The notes beneath the pieces are model-generated. The model was not told the origin of the DNA. It did not search any database and saw nothing but the letters and a program-made list of their open reading frames with translations. A stretch of 64,000 nt of DNA from Oikopleura dioica. Lineage: Eukaryota > Animalia > Chordata. Position numbers and translations under genes: made by a program. The number at the start of each line of letters is the position of its first letter. Positions within the stretch are counted from its first letter, which is position 1. Shown here one piece after another: positions 49,973-63,280 of this stretch. The stretch spans positions 12,090,001-12,154,000 of the forward strand of contig OU015567.1 of the NCBI GenBank assembly GCA_907165135.1, given 5' to 3'.

Positions 49973-51513
49973 ATTAGACACATAATCAAAATTGGCTAAA
50001 TAAGGGGATCCATCAATTTGTCGGAAAACATAGAAGAGGGCAATTTTTTTGCAATTTGAACCGAGGGTTAGAGTTAGCCTTATCCGGTTCGAGTAATGGT
50101 CAGGGTTAGGAAGAGTTTTATCAAAAAACATCAATATAAATGAACTCAATTTTTAACCCACGAGAAAACTCCTCCTTCTGGCATGAAAAATTGGATCCCA
50201 CTCGAACTTGAGAGAGCCATGTTACAAAAGCGGGCTTTCCTAAATCCAAACGCAGCATTTTGTTACATGTTAGGCCTGCGCAACTGCTTACCCTTTCAGA
50301 TTCTGTAACTGCTCGTTTTTTTACTCGTCTCTATTCTAACGCGTTTTAGTTTATTTCCGCGGAACGAACAAAATCACCTCTCCGAGGTAGTTTCTAAAGC
50401 TGAGCTCGCAGGACTGAATCAATAACGAACAGCAAGTCAGAATGCAAATTCGAAAAAGGAAGAAAAAAGTTTAGAAATTCGCGACAACTTGTAACTGCTT
50501 GCATAAGGGCGGAAGGAATCAGCTATGCAAGGTCGCCCTATGCTGTTTATTTAGTAGTCCACCTAATTGACCACGAATACGGTAACTACGCGTAGCAAGA
50601 CTTAAAAATCAGCAAAAAAGGATTTTGGGAACTGAGTGGTAAATTAGTACAAACTGCTCAAGAAAAACACGGTTCAAAGATTAAACTATTTTTGTGCATA
50701 AATTGAGCTGTTTGTTTTTTCGCCCCTTGGTAAAAAAAAAGCTTTTTCCAAGACAGAGAACTGATTTGGAAATCTATGTTAAAAGATTTCCACATAAAAA
50801 AACATAAAATTTTTATATTTCAAAGAGCTCCGTTTTTTTTATCTTGCTTTTGTTCGAAAGTGTAAAATAAATTGTCAAAAAGGAAATATTATTTTGAGTA
50901 CACTCGTTTATCGAATAAATTTGCGAACAGGAACACTCGGTTCTTTTGTATTTGCCCCAACAATTCAGAAGAATCGTGGTTTAGATTATAAACAGGCCTT
51001 AATTCTTACAATTGGAAGAATTGAATTCTAAAGTTGCGAAAAACAATCGCGTCGCTCCATCAAGTTTGGAAAACAAGCACATCTTTTTACAGCGCATAGT
51101 TCATTCAAATTAGACTGATTTTTCGATGAAATGAGAAACTCGAAAATCGAAAGTTCACCCGGTGGAGATATTGGAAGAACGTCATTTCTGGTTATTTTGT
51201 GAAATAATAACTACGGAGGAACGCGCATCATTAATCAATGTAATATTAATTAATTGACTCAGCGTCCAAGTAATCCATTATCACTGAAAGGATCATGTGA
51301 GGTTAATCAGAACATACTCGTCTTTCTCGTTTTCTGACGAGTGAGTTAAACCTCTACTTCGTTACCCTAATTTTCAAATTCGATTTGTTTTTATTTGGAC
51401 TCTTGGAAATTAATATTTCAGGGAATTATTTGAGTACCAAAATCTCAGCTTATTTTCTATCAATTTTTTCGATTAATATTGTTTTTCGATTTAGCATAAG
51501 CGTAGCCTTAAAG

Positions 51514-51661
51514 ACCTGTGTAGAAAACAATAAAATTTTAATTAAGCCTTTTTTATAAGCTCGTTAAACTAAAGCAGTCTCGTTATCAAATAGTCTTTAA
51601 AAAAAAAGCTTAAAAAATTGCTCATTGTTCAGAACCCTGACTCAGGTTTTTTCCTAAGGTT
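51514..51661. mobile_element. degenerate copy of the TGACTCA-containing MITE
   Basis: Left ACCTGTGTAGAAAAC (51514-51528) is identical to the start of the 54766 element. Right TTCAGAACCCTGACTCAGGTTTTTTCCTAAGGTT (51628-51661) resembles its right arm. Similar total length. Confidence 0.65.
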
Positions 51662-52597
51662 GCCAGGTCAAGATATAAGCGCAAAAAAATAATTATAATA
51701 AAAATTATGCAAGCAATATTCTTTTCCTGAGGAAGTCCAATTTTCCTAAAACACGGTCCTATTTTGCTCCCGTTTGAAAATCCGGATTTTCGCGCGGTCA
51801 GTTAATGATTTCGCGCTTTGAATCAGAAGCGGAGTTATGACGCCTTTTCTCGCAAAAAGGCTTGTAAGAATTAATCGGTTTAATTAAGTTTTGTTTCTGA
51901 TCTGCTTCTGCGAAGAAATTCTGAATTCTGAAATCTCCCGTAGTTGCTCGAAATTCAATTCACATGCTAGGGCTGGTACACGTGCTTAAATAGCTTGTGG
52001 AATAATTACGTTAAGAAAAACGCTCTAACACGGCCAGAATTATTTAATCAAGAATCTCAATTGGGCTTACCATTTTCTGTTGAAATCGTAACCAGCGATG
52101 ATGTTCTTCTGGAACTTGGTCGCTGCGATAAAGTTCAGAAATTTTCCCCCTCGATAGGAAGTAACCTCAGTAAGTAGTAAAGATTTGCAATTGAAACTAG
52201 AACTACTAACATCCACTTAAAACAGATCCGAGTAAAAACAAGCTTGTTCCAAAAATACTCAACTATTATGATAACATCCTCTATTGATATTTGAATTAGC
52301 TTTGGTAGTTAATGATACTGGAAAATTGAACGGGAATAGAAGTAGCTACTATTGAAAGAATGAATTTCCTTGTTGCGCCAAAAAACCGCCCTTCCGATAA
52401 AAATAAACCCCAAACAGTTCCACATCAGCGCTGCGGTCTCGGAAAATCAGATTTCCTTTAATTTACATCGCTTGATAAAATTTTAACGTAAGTTTATCCC
52501 AAATCACCTTCGCTAACTATTATCCCATTTCTAATAACTCAGCGGCATCAATAAAATATATTAATCACATTATTTAAAACGTGAGTTTTTGATTTAA

Positions 52598-52678
52598 AGA
52601 CCCCCCCGTCAACGATTTTCCTAAAAAAATTTTGAAATTCCGAAAAAGATTTTTCGAAAATTCGTTGACGGGGGGTCC
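52598..52678. mobile_element. 81-bp MITE, TTAA TSD, about 17-bp TIR (Kolobok-like)
   Basis: TTAA(52594-52597)|AGACCCCCCCGTCAACGA ... TCGTTGACGGGGGGTCC|TTAA(52679-52682). A related right-end remnant (TTGACGGGGAGAGGGGTCC) lies at about 15681-15699. Confidence 0.85.
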
Positions 52679-53024
52679 TTAAGTATTTATCATTCAAGAA
52701 ACAGGTAAGTCCTCAATCTTGAGAAAATTATGAGCCATACTTTGTGGTGATTCTAAAAGCCACAAGGGTGACAAAGAACAGATGAACATTTTTTTCACCC
52801 ACCATTTTTTAATCGCGGTCCTTTTCATGATTACTGCAATTGCCAATTAAGCAGCACTTGGCTTATCAGAACTGGTTGTCTCTTTCGTCCCAAAAAATGC
52901 CCGGCTGGCGGTTGCACAACCAAGTGCTTTAATCAACCAAAGAGAAAGCTGCCACTTGATTTTGGAAAATTTTAAATCTTTTTAAGCCCAACGCCCGCGC
53001 GCGGGATCAATTCTAGGATTCTAT

Positions 53025-53324
53025 TTAAAAAGGGATTGATTTTCTGAACATGCCGTAATGCATCCAGCCGAGGAGGAAGCAGAAACCAAAGATGAGCAGC
53101 ATTACGCCGAACTGAAGCACAGTAGTGTCGCTTTTATCGTTGAAAAAAGAGCTTGTTCGACAATTCTCTTTTTGAATCTCTTGATTTTCAACGTTGCCCA
53201 AAAGAATTGGAAATTTCCACTGGCTGCTGATCGGCGTCCATGTCAACGGGAAGATAGTCGGAAAACGTATCGGCTGACATCTTTTCTTTTCAAGGATGAC
53301 CTTGTCAAACTCTGCCACAAACAA
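53025..53324 (-). CDS. possible terminal exon of a single-pass membrane protein
   Basis: Open frame ending ...NDKSDTTVLQFGVMLLIFGFCFLLGWMHYGMFRKSIPF*, i.e. a TM-like stretch plus a short basic tail. Upstream exons not resolved. Confidence 0.3.
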   Translation of the reverse strand: MFVAEFDKVILEKKRCQPIRFPTIFPLTWTPISSQWKFPILLGNVENQEIQKENCRTSSFFNDKSDTTVLQFGVMLLIFGFCFLLGWMHYGMFRKSIPF

Positions 53325-54765
53325 CTTTTATCTTATCTCTTGAGTAACTCGCTACGTCCCTATCTACCCGGATCATCTCCTAAAACTTTTTTCTAAAAGA
53401 CAAAAACTAAAATTTTGAAAATCAGATTTTTTGACACAAAAAAAATCAAAAAAAAATCAATTTAATACCAATCTGGTCTGTGTGTAAACTTCCTTCTTCT
53501 CCATTTTGATCTCTAAGGTTCTCATCCCTTTCCTTTTTTTCGTTCCCTTGACTTCCGGAAAATCGAAGTGGCAAAAATCAACCACAATAGGGTAGTAAGC
53601 CCGTAGCGCTAAAGTCTCTTCGCACACTTAGATGATTTTGAATTTGGGAATTAGCACTTGCAGCCATTGCGTTTACGTAGCTTTTAATTACACTGTTCCT
53701 TCTCACTAAGTAATACCAAGTGGGAGGCGGCCGCGAGTGACCTACTGGCAGAGCATGTTTTCCTGGAGCTTTCAATTAACTCCTCCAAAAACCGTCTTTT
53801 GATCGGGCAAGTGCGCTTTCTCGAAAAATGACGGAGTTTTGTCGCTGCCAAGTGTCGGCTACTCGACTCTGAAAATCCCTGCGCAGCTGGCAAAAGTCCC
53901 CTCTTTTCTGGAAACAGCGAATTATGATTATTAAGCACGAAAGAAAACATCCTAGAATCAGGAGGCTTAGAAGATGGCCCTCTTGTCAAGCAAAATTTAG
54001 AAATGAGTGACATAAGAAAAAGAGATGAGTTTGAAAGATGTTGACAGTCGAATGTATAAACAGATTTATGAAGCTTCTCCAAGAAAGGACGTCTTAGCGC
54101 TTTTTAAGAAAACTTTTATAAAATCCGCTTTCTCTGGAAAAAAATGCTGATTTACGAGAAAAAACTGGTAGTAAGTAGGAGGTACCACATTGTTCATAAA
54201 GAAACATATCAAACTAATTCACTTCAGAAACCAATTTTCGACAATACATATTCGTTTGTTAATAATAGGATAAAATGATTATCCAAATTGCTATTCTTGG
54301 ATCCCGTATTCACTCAATTTTGATATTTTTATCAATAACAAGGTGATTGCTCCTTGTTCCTTTCTGAACCTGCTTGGCTTTTATTGACAAAAATAGATAA
54401 AAACTCTTGTTTTCCGCAAAACGTGTAAATTCGAGCGAAAGAGTTTATTTATCTCCGGCGTTACCCTTCCAACGCCTTCCAAATAACTTGGATCCGATTT
54501 GAGAGGCCGCAGCGAGTTTAATTCGAAATCACCCTCATTAGCCTCCTCATTCTCGTAAATACGCGCAATCATCGAGTAACGAGAATATTTTTAATAAAAA
54601 CGTAATATGCCGCTTTTTCACGGTTACGCAAGTTCCGACGTAAATTGACAGGACGAAGACATTCCATCATTTTGAAATATTTGGACACCCTTACTTGCTA
54701 CTGTATCTTCGGAATTCGCGCTCTACAAATTACTATAGACTAGATTTCAATTAGCTTGGCTCGGT

Positions 54766-54902
54766 AACCTGTGTAGAAAACCTGAGTCAGGGTCTGAAAG
54801 AACTGAAATGAAAAGCCGCTTTGTGGCTTCTTTAAAAAAAAGCCGCTGCGGGGCTATTTATTTAAGCTTTTCAGAACCTGACTCAGGTTTACTTCACAGG
54901 TT
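54766..54902. mobile_element. 137-bp MITE with 34-bp TIRs, each containing TGAGTCA/TGACTCA
   Basis: AACCTGTGTAGAAAACCTGAGTCAGGGTCTGAAA (54766-54799) versus the reverse complement of the right arm ending at 54902, AACCTGTGAAGTAAACCTGAGTCAGGTTCTGAAA: 3 mismatches. Confidence 0.85.
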
Positions 54903-57900
54903 GCTGAACCCAGGTCCCGGCTTATTGAAAGTCTTCAGTAAAATATTTTTTTTCTAAAATTCGACCGCTGTTGGCTGAATTTGCAAAACACGGCAACGTA
55001 TCATTTACGCGGTGTCATAATCGCCAGTAAAGCTTTTCGTGATAAATAACGCCTAAATTGAGCGGTTTGGGGACCACTAAAGCGATTAAGAAGAATTGCC
55101 TGTGATTCGACTCGTTTTTTTTCAGAGAAAGAACGTAAAAAGTTTCGCGGGAAAGAAGTTTGCATCGCTCGTGGTGGAATTAGAAGCTGCATTGTTTGTG
55201 CGCTTTCGGTAGTTATTTGCCGGTTGTTGTGTTGCATACGCGGCGGAAGTCGAGTTCACCTGAACACGGTTCACGCCACTTTGTCGACGGCGCGCTAGGA
55301 TTTTTCTAAAGCGAAGAGCGGGGAAGTCGCCTCCTATGTCAAGAAGCAACGCGGAATTTAGAAACACATACTTTCGTGCAACACTCAAATCTTCAGTGCT
55401 CACCAAATCTAACGTTTCTAATGAAGCCTCTTCTTCATCTTCTTTCCCATGCCAAAATGTAATAGCAATTATCACCTTGCGAATTCATATTGAAACAAGT
55501 ATCGTCAATAAAAAGATTCTTTGGAAAATCATGCAACAAGCAATTTTATTAGTTTGATAAATATGTTTTTGGCATAAAAATATAGACTCAGTCTAGATTT
55601 TCCTGGACAAGGAATTTGATAATACCAATTTGTTTAATATCAAGGATTGCATCTAGAGCGTTTTTATTTCAACGGAATACGGTATTTATGGAAAATAGAA
55701 AATAAACAATGAAGAGGGAATTTTTGATTGAGCAAGCTTCAAAGATAAGCTCTTACTAATCAAATTGATGTCCAATTATAATTGTTGTTGCATAATGCTT
55801 TTTGGGGCAAACTTGAACATAACAAACCCCCCTTGTTGTCAATAAACACAAGCCAAGTTCGTTTCATTTCAAATAGGAAAAAAACATGTGTTCCGAAGAA
55901 CTGAAAAAGGCTTAATTGCTTTTTGCAAACAAATCAGGGAGAACAACGTGATGCACATTTGTTGCGAATGCGATTAATGGCTGAGCAGAGTGCCCACTGA
56001 ATGTAATGTTTCCACGATAATTAGACGAGAGGATTAACATTTCTTCCTCAATTTCAGAGAATAAACATTTACAACATTTTTGCGCTAATGAGACTTGATT
56101 TATTTATTTGAAACATGCAGATCATGATTGATGATGAAGATCGGAATCGTGGAAAACTGAACATACTATTGACCTACCAAAGTTTATCTAAGGACAAGTG
56201 CTCTTTTTGACTTGAAGAGTGATGATTCCCGCCTGAAACAGGAACTCGATACAGCCTGCTGCGGTCATACTCTCTATGGCTGCGATAACGACGCCGCCGA
56301 CTATGTAAATCGTGTACCTTTTATAATTTTAATTAAGAAATCTGATGGCTAATTTTATCTCTTACGCGCCAAGAGCACACCCAGCAACGACAACAACAGT
56401 TCCGAAAACCTCGGACTGGACGAATTGGGAGGCTCCTTCGAAAAAATCGCTTATGATTCCCATTTTGATTTTCTCTCCCAAGTGCGAGTTTTTTCCTTCA
56501 GAATCATCTATTTTATGTCTTCTGTTTTCCCTTTTACACCGCCGTATTAAAAAAGCTGTTTTTTTATGATTTACTCACTCAAAGAGCCGTAATCTTTCAC
56601 CTCGATACTTTCATAAATCTTACCGGCTTTATTAGCTGACTCAAAATCCGTCATTTTATATTTTCGAAAAGGTCAAGTTTTAGAAGTGACGCAAGATTGT
56701 GCGATTTAAAACAACGGCTGTCCGTTAATCTTTACTCGATATCCGTTGAAGGATGGATTAGTTCTCCAAGAATGTGCTTTGCAGAAAACATTCGAAAATC
56801 CAAATCTCTATTTTTCTTATCACGTGGCCTGGTTTACCCACGGGGAGGGGCTTATCGATGCTGGAATCTTTGCATGAGCCACCAATGGATCCGTTAAGGG
56901 CGTCGGCGTTTCCTCTTTTACTGCCTTAATCATTACCCTTTTTAGCTTTAGGGATGACCTTAATACAGTCCTTCGAATCTCATTTTCCGTGTTCTTTTTT
57001 CGTTCCCTTCTAAGAGTGGCTCTTAACGATTTCTAGAGTAACAATGTTCTAATCAAAGATTGATAAGGGTGGAAAAAAGTTCAAGCCGATTGCAAGTGTT
57101 ATCCCGTGACCCCCGAGGAAGCTGTCGATTGTCTCTGGAAGTGATAAAATCCAAGACTGCGAAGACCGAACTGGAAGCGCCTTGATAAGAGTTGCTGTAC
57201 TTTAGCCACAGTGTTTTTTAAGGAAATAGTGGCACGTACCGGCGGAGCCAGACAAAGTTTGAATAAGGAGATGTACGGGTGAATTGAGTAAGTGGCAAGA
57301 GAGCAAGCCACTTGGTCTACGGGCGGTCAATTTTAGGCTCAATCAAGGGCGGATTTTAATAGAAAGGTCCTTCATACTTTCTTTCTAAAATGCGAAAGGA
57401 ACCTCTTAAGGGGGCCACATCGAGAATCCCGGATTTTGAGCCGACCCTCTTAAGACTTCACAATCGAATCGTTTACAAGTTTCAAGTCTTTTTTGCTCTA
57501 CCACTTTTATTGGAGGCATTCAAAGGTAATTATGGAACCATTTAAACGAAAATTGCTGGCGAAAAAAGTGGCTTGGCCGGAGCTTATCACACAATTCGGC
57601 GCCTCAAGAGCTCTAAAGTCGCCGTTGTATTCTTTTGGCGGCGGGTGCTTGTGTGATATCTATCTCTTGTGCATATCAGTGCTCAAGACGGGCTGAGACT
57701 TCAATGTAAAGTTTTTGTATTATCGCGTAAGAGTGTATTTAGCGAACAAGCGATTAGCCTGAAAAGCGCTCACATAACACAATGGCTAAGCGTAAACTAT
57801 TTTGTTCCTTAGAATAACATTCAGAAGAGTAATCTTCATTTTTTTCTCGAATTGGAGACATTTCTTATCCGCCTTGAACCAAGTGAAGATAAGTTGCTAA

Positions 57901-60336
57901 GCCAATTATTGAAAATACGGATAAGAAAAACAGCCCCTCTTCGAAATTCTCTAAAATAAGCCGATCAATAAGACTCTTAATATAACTAAGAAAATGATGA
58001 TTTTTCAGCAATAGCAGGTTAAAGTTGATAAAAAAGAGCGTTCCAATTTCCAAATTTGAACCAAAAACTTACTGTATTTTGAAAATAACTTGTTCAAAGA
58101 AGCACCAACAAATTAAGCCTTTATCAAAAGTTCGGGGCGCATCCTAATCCCCTCGTTCCAAGTGCTTCTAGCCGTGTATCAACATCCATCAACACTCGGC
58201 CCGCGTTTCCTTCAAAACTGACCCAATTGAATGCAGTAATTTACTGTAGCGGCTTCTGGGAACTTTGGACTGCGAAGGTCATTAGGTGTTTCGTTGAATT
58301 TCCTTCTATGCCGGCACTGGCCAAGAATTCAAAAACGGAAGTGGCTTTACGTAATCGCCGACGCCTAATGAGCCGACTCTAGAATCACGTGAAATCAACC
58401 GATTGGAGCAGCGCTTCTAATATTCATTTCCGACACAGATAAATTTATACCGATGCCGTAAGTTAATCACAATTTTGCAAAACAATTTTACAATTTTACA
58501 ACTCCGGTTTCTCAATTTAAAGAATGATCAATTGCCTAAATGCGAGGCTCGTCATCTGGCTTAATTAGAATTTCCTGCGTAACGCGGCCAATTCCAAAAT
58601 CTGTCAAGACTTCAATTCGCAGACAAACCCAATTTAAATCGCTTGAGCTTTTTTCTTGCTCCTTTTTTAACGAGGTCGGTTTTGGTTTTTATTTCAAGAA
58701 TGATTTTTTCGTCTAACTGGAAGTCGAGTTTTAAAAGAAAAGATACATTTTTCTCGGCGAAATTTCTTCATTTTAATGCTTTTTGTGATCATGGGTCATA
58801 ATAAAATAGGAACCCCTATTTCATCTAGGAGCATAGAAGATAAGCTGATCTGCGTGACCTCTGAAGAACGTGTCCAGCTTTAGATTAAAATTCGGCTTTC
58901 GTTAAATCTTTTTTTATCATTTGTCGATTCTTTGGCTCAGTCTGCGGCCGATCGGCAGACCACACAGCTGATGTCATTAAGGCGGCTTATTCCGAGCTCC
59001 ATCCACGTTTCATTTCCCCCGAATCCGGACTTATCTGCCTGATTGATGAAATGATCTTTTAGCTTCTTCATTTTCTATGTTTTCAATTGATACAATCATC
59101 AACCTTCTTTGTCTACATTCCGACATTTCACTAGCGATCAATTCAAGCGGCGATAATTTCCATGAAATTAGTAATTATCCGTCGCTTCTTACAATCATTT
59201 ACATAATCCTTGGAAAATATCTCTAACTCAATTTTACCTTTGACGTTTTCGCTTATATAAAACCAAGTAATTCTTATTCCTTACATAAAACTCGAAAATA
59301 CATGTATTGAAAGTTAGCCAGTTCGATAAAATTATTAGTTCGAATCCGTGAGTTTTTTCATTCGTAAGTAGCATGTACTTCAAACATTTTGATCAAACAA
59401 GAACGGGAAAAAAGCGGGGATTTAGGCGACATTACAAAAATATTGTAAAACAAGAAAATATATTTGAGAAAAATGAAATTGAATACGTTGAATTCTAATT
59501 CCGGAAGGAGCTGCGATTCTGTTAGACGTATGTACTCAGTTAAAGTCGAGTTCACCAAGAGACAATTTCTTGCTATTGGCGAGGTTACTGTTTCAGAGCT
59601 ACAGACCTTCATGAACGTTAATCCTCGCGTTTCCATCCGGGTCTAGAATTAGTTCTGCCTTCTTTTTGCTCCAAAAAAAGCTGCTGACTTGTGGCCGGAA
59701 AGATTTCCGGTCCCATCGTCATCTGATTACCTAATCGTCTCTCCAGTCTTGGTACTTCTATTTCCGTATTTTCAAAACTAAGGAAAAACTGGCCTTTTGA
59801 TCGTCAGAGAAAAACATTCTCTTTAGAGGATTCAGTCTAAAAGTTTCAGTTATCTTTTAGTATGCTAGGTATCTCCTTGAATGTTGCCACAAAATGCTTT
59901 GCAACCTTCCGTTATTTTCTTGCTAATTACTGGCATAGAAGATTTCTAGCGGCATGTGCTCAAAATCATTTGAATGCCTGTTTTGCTTTCTATGCGATTC
60001 GCTAACAGATCTAGTCAATTTCAATTAGCAAAGACGATTATTCTCTATAATATGATTTTCTGCGAAAGAACTTTTTGTTCATTGTTTTTTCTCTAAATTG
60101 AAAGAGAACATGTTCAATCAAGTTATACCGCAATTGCCGCTTATTTTCAAAGCATCATTCTAGTGCTCATCTTTTTGCTAAAAGTAGATAAAAATTGGAA
60201 GATCAAATATTTCTGAATTTGGAAGCGCGCCTTATCAATAGTTTTACAAGCGATTTATATTTGACTTTATGGTTACGGCAAATAGAAAAAGTCGAATCTC
60301 TCAGAATGATTTGACTCTACCTTTTGATTTTCGAAA

Positions 60337-61124
60337 ATGAGTCGAAGAATAAGCCCTGATTTTTTACCTGGAGAATGTTTTGCAGAGTCCAAAAAACTGG
60401 AAAAGATGATGATCGATAAATTCGAAGAACAGAAACAAGAAATTTCGAGAATTTCAACATTGCTTCAGGATATTCAGAAGAAGGTTGAAATACTTAGTGA
60501 GAAGTTCAAGGAAGAAGAGAAAATCGAGGAGGAAATTTTTATGCATGGCCTGAAGAAGAGTCAATACGATTATTTGGCTAAATTTGGGTTAATTATGGGG
60601 ATGTCAACATTTTAAAAAGTTCTTTAGTGCGATAGGACATTTCGCAGAAAAGGACGAATGGTCGACATTTGGGGGCAAAAAGTCGATATCAACAAACAAG
60701 AGCGCCCAAACGCTGCTTCTTCTTGCGCTAGAAAGTGGATTGACAAAGTTTTCATTAAAAGCGACAGGCGCTAAATTCAGTCTAAAACACGAGTGCTCAT
60801 CGATTCGATATAATTATGATCGTGTTGATGGACACTTTGCTGAGCTGAGTTTGGCAGTTCAGACGAAAGGTAGTAAGCTTCACAATTTGTTAAAGTATGT
60901 TCAGCGAAAACAATCTTATCTTAGGCGAGAAACGGGAGTTTATTGCTGATTGCTTTGCGATTAATTCAGTGACTGGAATTCAAGAGGCCAAAATTGGAAG
61001 CAGAAAAACGTCAGAAGCGAAAGTTGTTTCCTTCAGATTTGATCTAAAGTCGACAAAAGCCGAGTCTATCTACTACCGATTTCATGTGACCATTCTTAAC
61101 TGTATCTCTGTCAACTGTATTTGA
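60337..61124 (+). CDS. putative 3-exon orphan protein (about 230 aa), N-terminal coiled coil
   Basis: Exons 60337-60587, 60628-60869 and 60925-61124; GT-AG introns of 40 and 55 nt join three separate ORF-track frames into one: MSRRISPDF...KFEEQKQEISRISTLLQDIQKKVEILSEKFKEEEK...AKFGAIGHFAEKDEW...QTKGEKREFIADCFAINS...NCISVNCI*. Confidence 0.62.
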
Positions 61125-63280
61125 ATTGTTTCTGAATTTTATTTTTCATATAGAAACGCGATCTTACTGGAGCCCAGCCGTCTTGATTTTGTAATTTTCT
61201 TTAGCGCGCGATTTTGGAAAGATTTTCATGTTCCGACTCTGAGTTTAATAAAAAAGAGAGAGAAGGACCACGTGGGAGCGTTCTAAACGTGAACCGAAGC
61301 CATATTGGAAAGTATAAAGATTACAAACGCTGCCTGTATTTGAAAGCATGAGAGTGAACATTCTACTCAAAGATTACAAAATCGACGAGGTTTAGAAGAA
61401 TACCGCTGAAGTAACCATTTTTGAAGGCATAAAAATTATTCAAGGAAAAAGCAAGCCGTCAGCAGAAGAAACGTTTTTAGAATGTTTAAGTCAGCAAAAA
61501 AGTATGTGCGCGAAAATGGACGTCCGAATTTTCGCCACGTTTTCGAATATAGGCGTATATTTGGCGAGTGTGTAAAAATGATTTTTGTTGTTTGTGAGAA
61601 TGGCTCGAGTGGCGACTTAGCCGCGGCGACGATTCTATTTCAACTACAGTGTCACACGTGGGAGCGGCGACTTGGGATCGTGAATCCAGATCCCTCATTC
61701 GTGAATTTAGGAAATGACACTCGAACACATTCGCCCGTTAGAGTCCTTTTAATTTCATTTTTAGAGTCTCCAAATTAAAAAAGTAGAAGCGCTAGAATTC
61801 AAAGTACTCGGCGCTGACCCGACAGCGAATCTGTGTGAGCTGAGCTGCCACAAAGAAAACAAGAACGTGTCAAAAATGCATTCAATCAGCGTGAACTGCT
61901 TCACTATTAAAAATTGTAATCTGCCTTTACCGAAATATACGCGTTAAAAATTCATTGTTCCTGACAAAATATGCCCTACTAAATTGACCCTGTTGTAGAT
62001 CAAAATCAATTTCTACTGTAGTATCTTTGCTAGGCAATCTTGGAAACCATACATGAGGGATGGTCTTTGAATGCTTATTTTTAGCGGCTTCGTTTTTTAA
62101 AAGAGCCGCTATGTGGTTTTGGACCCTCGTCAGACCCGAGATCTTTCGGACCCTGGATCCGAGCCCCTGACTGGACACAGGTTGCCGAGCTAAGACTAAT
62201 TTGAAATGGATGAGCGATGAGTACAGGGAAAATTTCGAAATCTGCGGTGTGATTGAACGCATTCTAAAAACTGGCATCGAGCGCATTTCTTACAGGTGTT
62301 AACATTCTTCTTATCAGAGTATCCGCGCCTTAAATGACACGAGCGTTTTACGAGGCTACTCAAGCAATGTTGGTGCCTACTTCTTCTGAAGCAATCTGTT
62401 TCGTAAGCGAAGTTTTTAAGCATTTACAGACACTTGCGTCATCCTCAAAAAGCGAATATTAAACGTAATTCTCGCATCTCAAGTGCATTTTTGAGGGGCG
62501 CTTTAGAAAAATCGCGCAATGTGAGAAAAGAATTGTTTCAAAGCGTCGAGTTTCAAGCAGTACAGCCTCGTAACCACGTGACAGAAATCTCAAGAGTGAG
62601 GACATTATAAGGCTGATTTTACAGATTCGATTTCAGAACTGTTCTTTTCCAACCTGTAGCACCGCGATTCTCATTACTAAATGACGAAGTTTTGCTTTTT
62701 TTTTGACTCATTGCAGTTTCGAGTAAAAAACGACGTAAACACCACAGAATCGCGGTACTACAACTTTTTCCCTTTATTATGCGCCCTTTCTTTCGGAATT
62801 TAAAATTTCAATAATAATAAACCCAGGTAAGAATGACGCTTTTCATTACTTGGTACCGAAGAATCTAAGTAAAGTATGATTCCAAGGGGCAATAAGGAAT
62901 AGCCGATGTGACTTCACGTTCGTAATTGAATATTTATCATCAACATGTATCAGTTTTTTATCTCCCGTATTTGACGTAAAATATATAGTTCTTTTATCGC
63001 CTGAAAACATTGTAAGCAGGCAGTATCCGCGAGATGCCAAAATAAGCCAATTTAAAATCTCAAAACACATTTGCAAGACTCCCTTTTCGAAAACAAAGGA
63101 AAGCTTGTCATAATATTGTTGCGAAGTTTACATCGGTTCAAAGCAGACTATTAGACCGTAATTGTGGTTTTACGAAGTTTAGTCTAACAGTAATCGGTTG
63201 TGTGCATTTGGAGTCACGTTTCTGATCAAATAAAGTGATTCTGCACTTGATTCGTTAAAAAAGTCTCGTGCAAGAGAAAA

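Noticed and set aside
56345-56480. Thrombospondin type-1-like TSDWTNW motif
   Set aside because: The following Cys and Arg pattern is absent and the exon structure could not be resolved.
57406-57453. 40-bp TTAA-flanked micro-element resembling Kolobok-like family 1
   Set aside because: The termini are too degenerate and could equally be a 9-bp direct repeat (CCTCTTAAG) arising by chance or local duplication.
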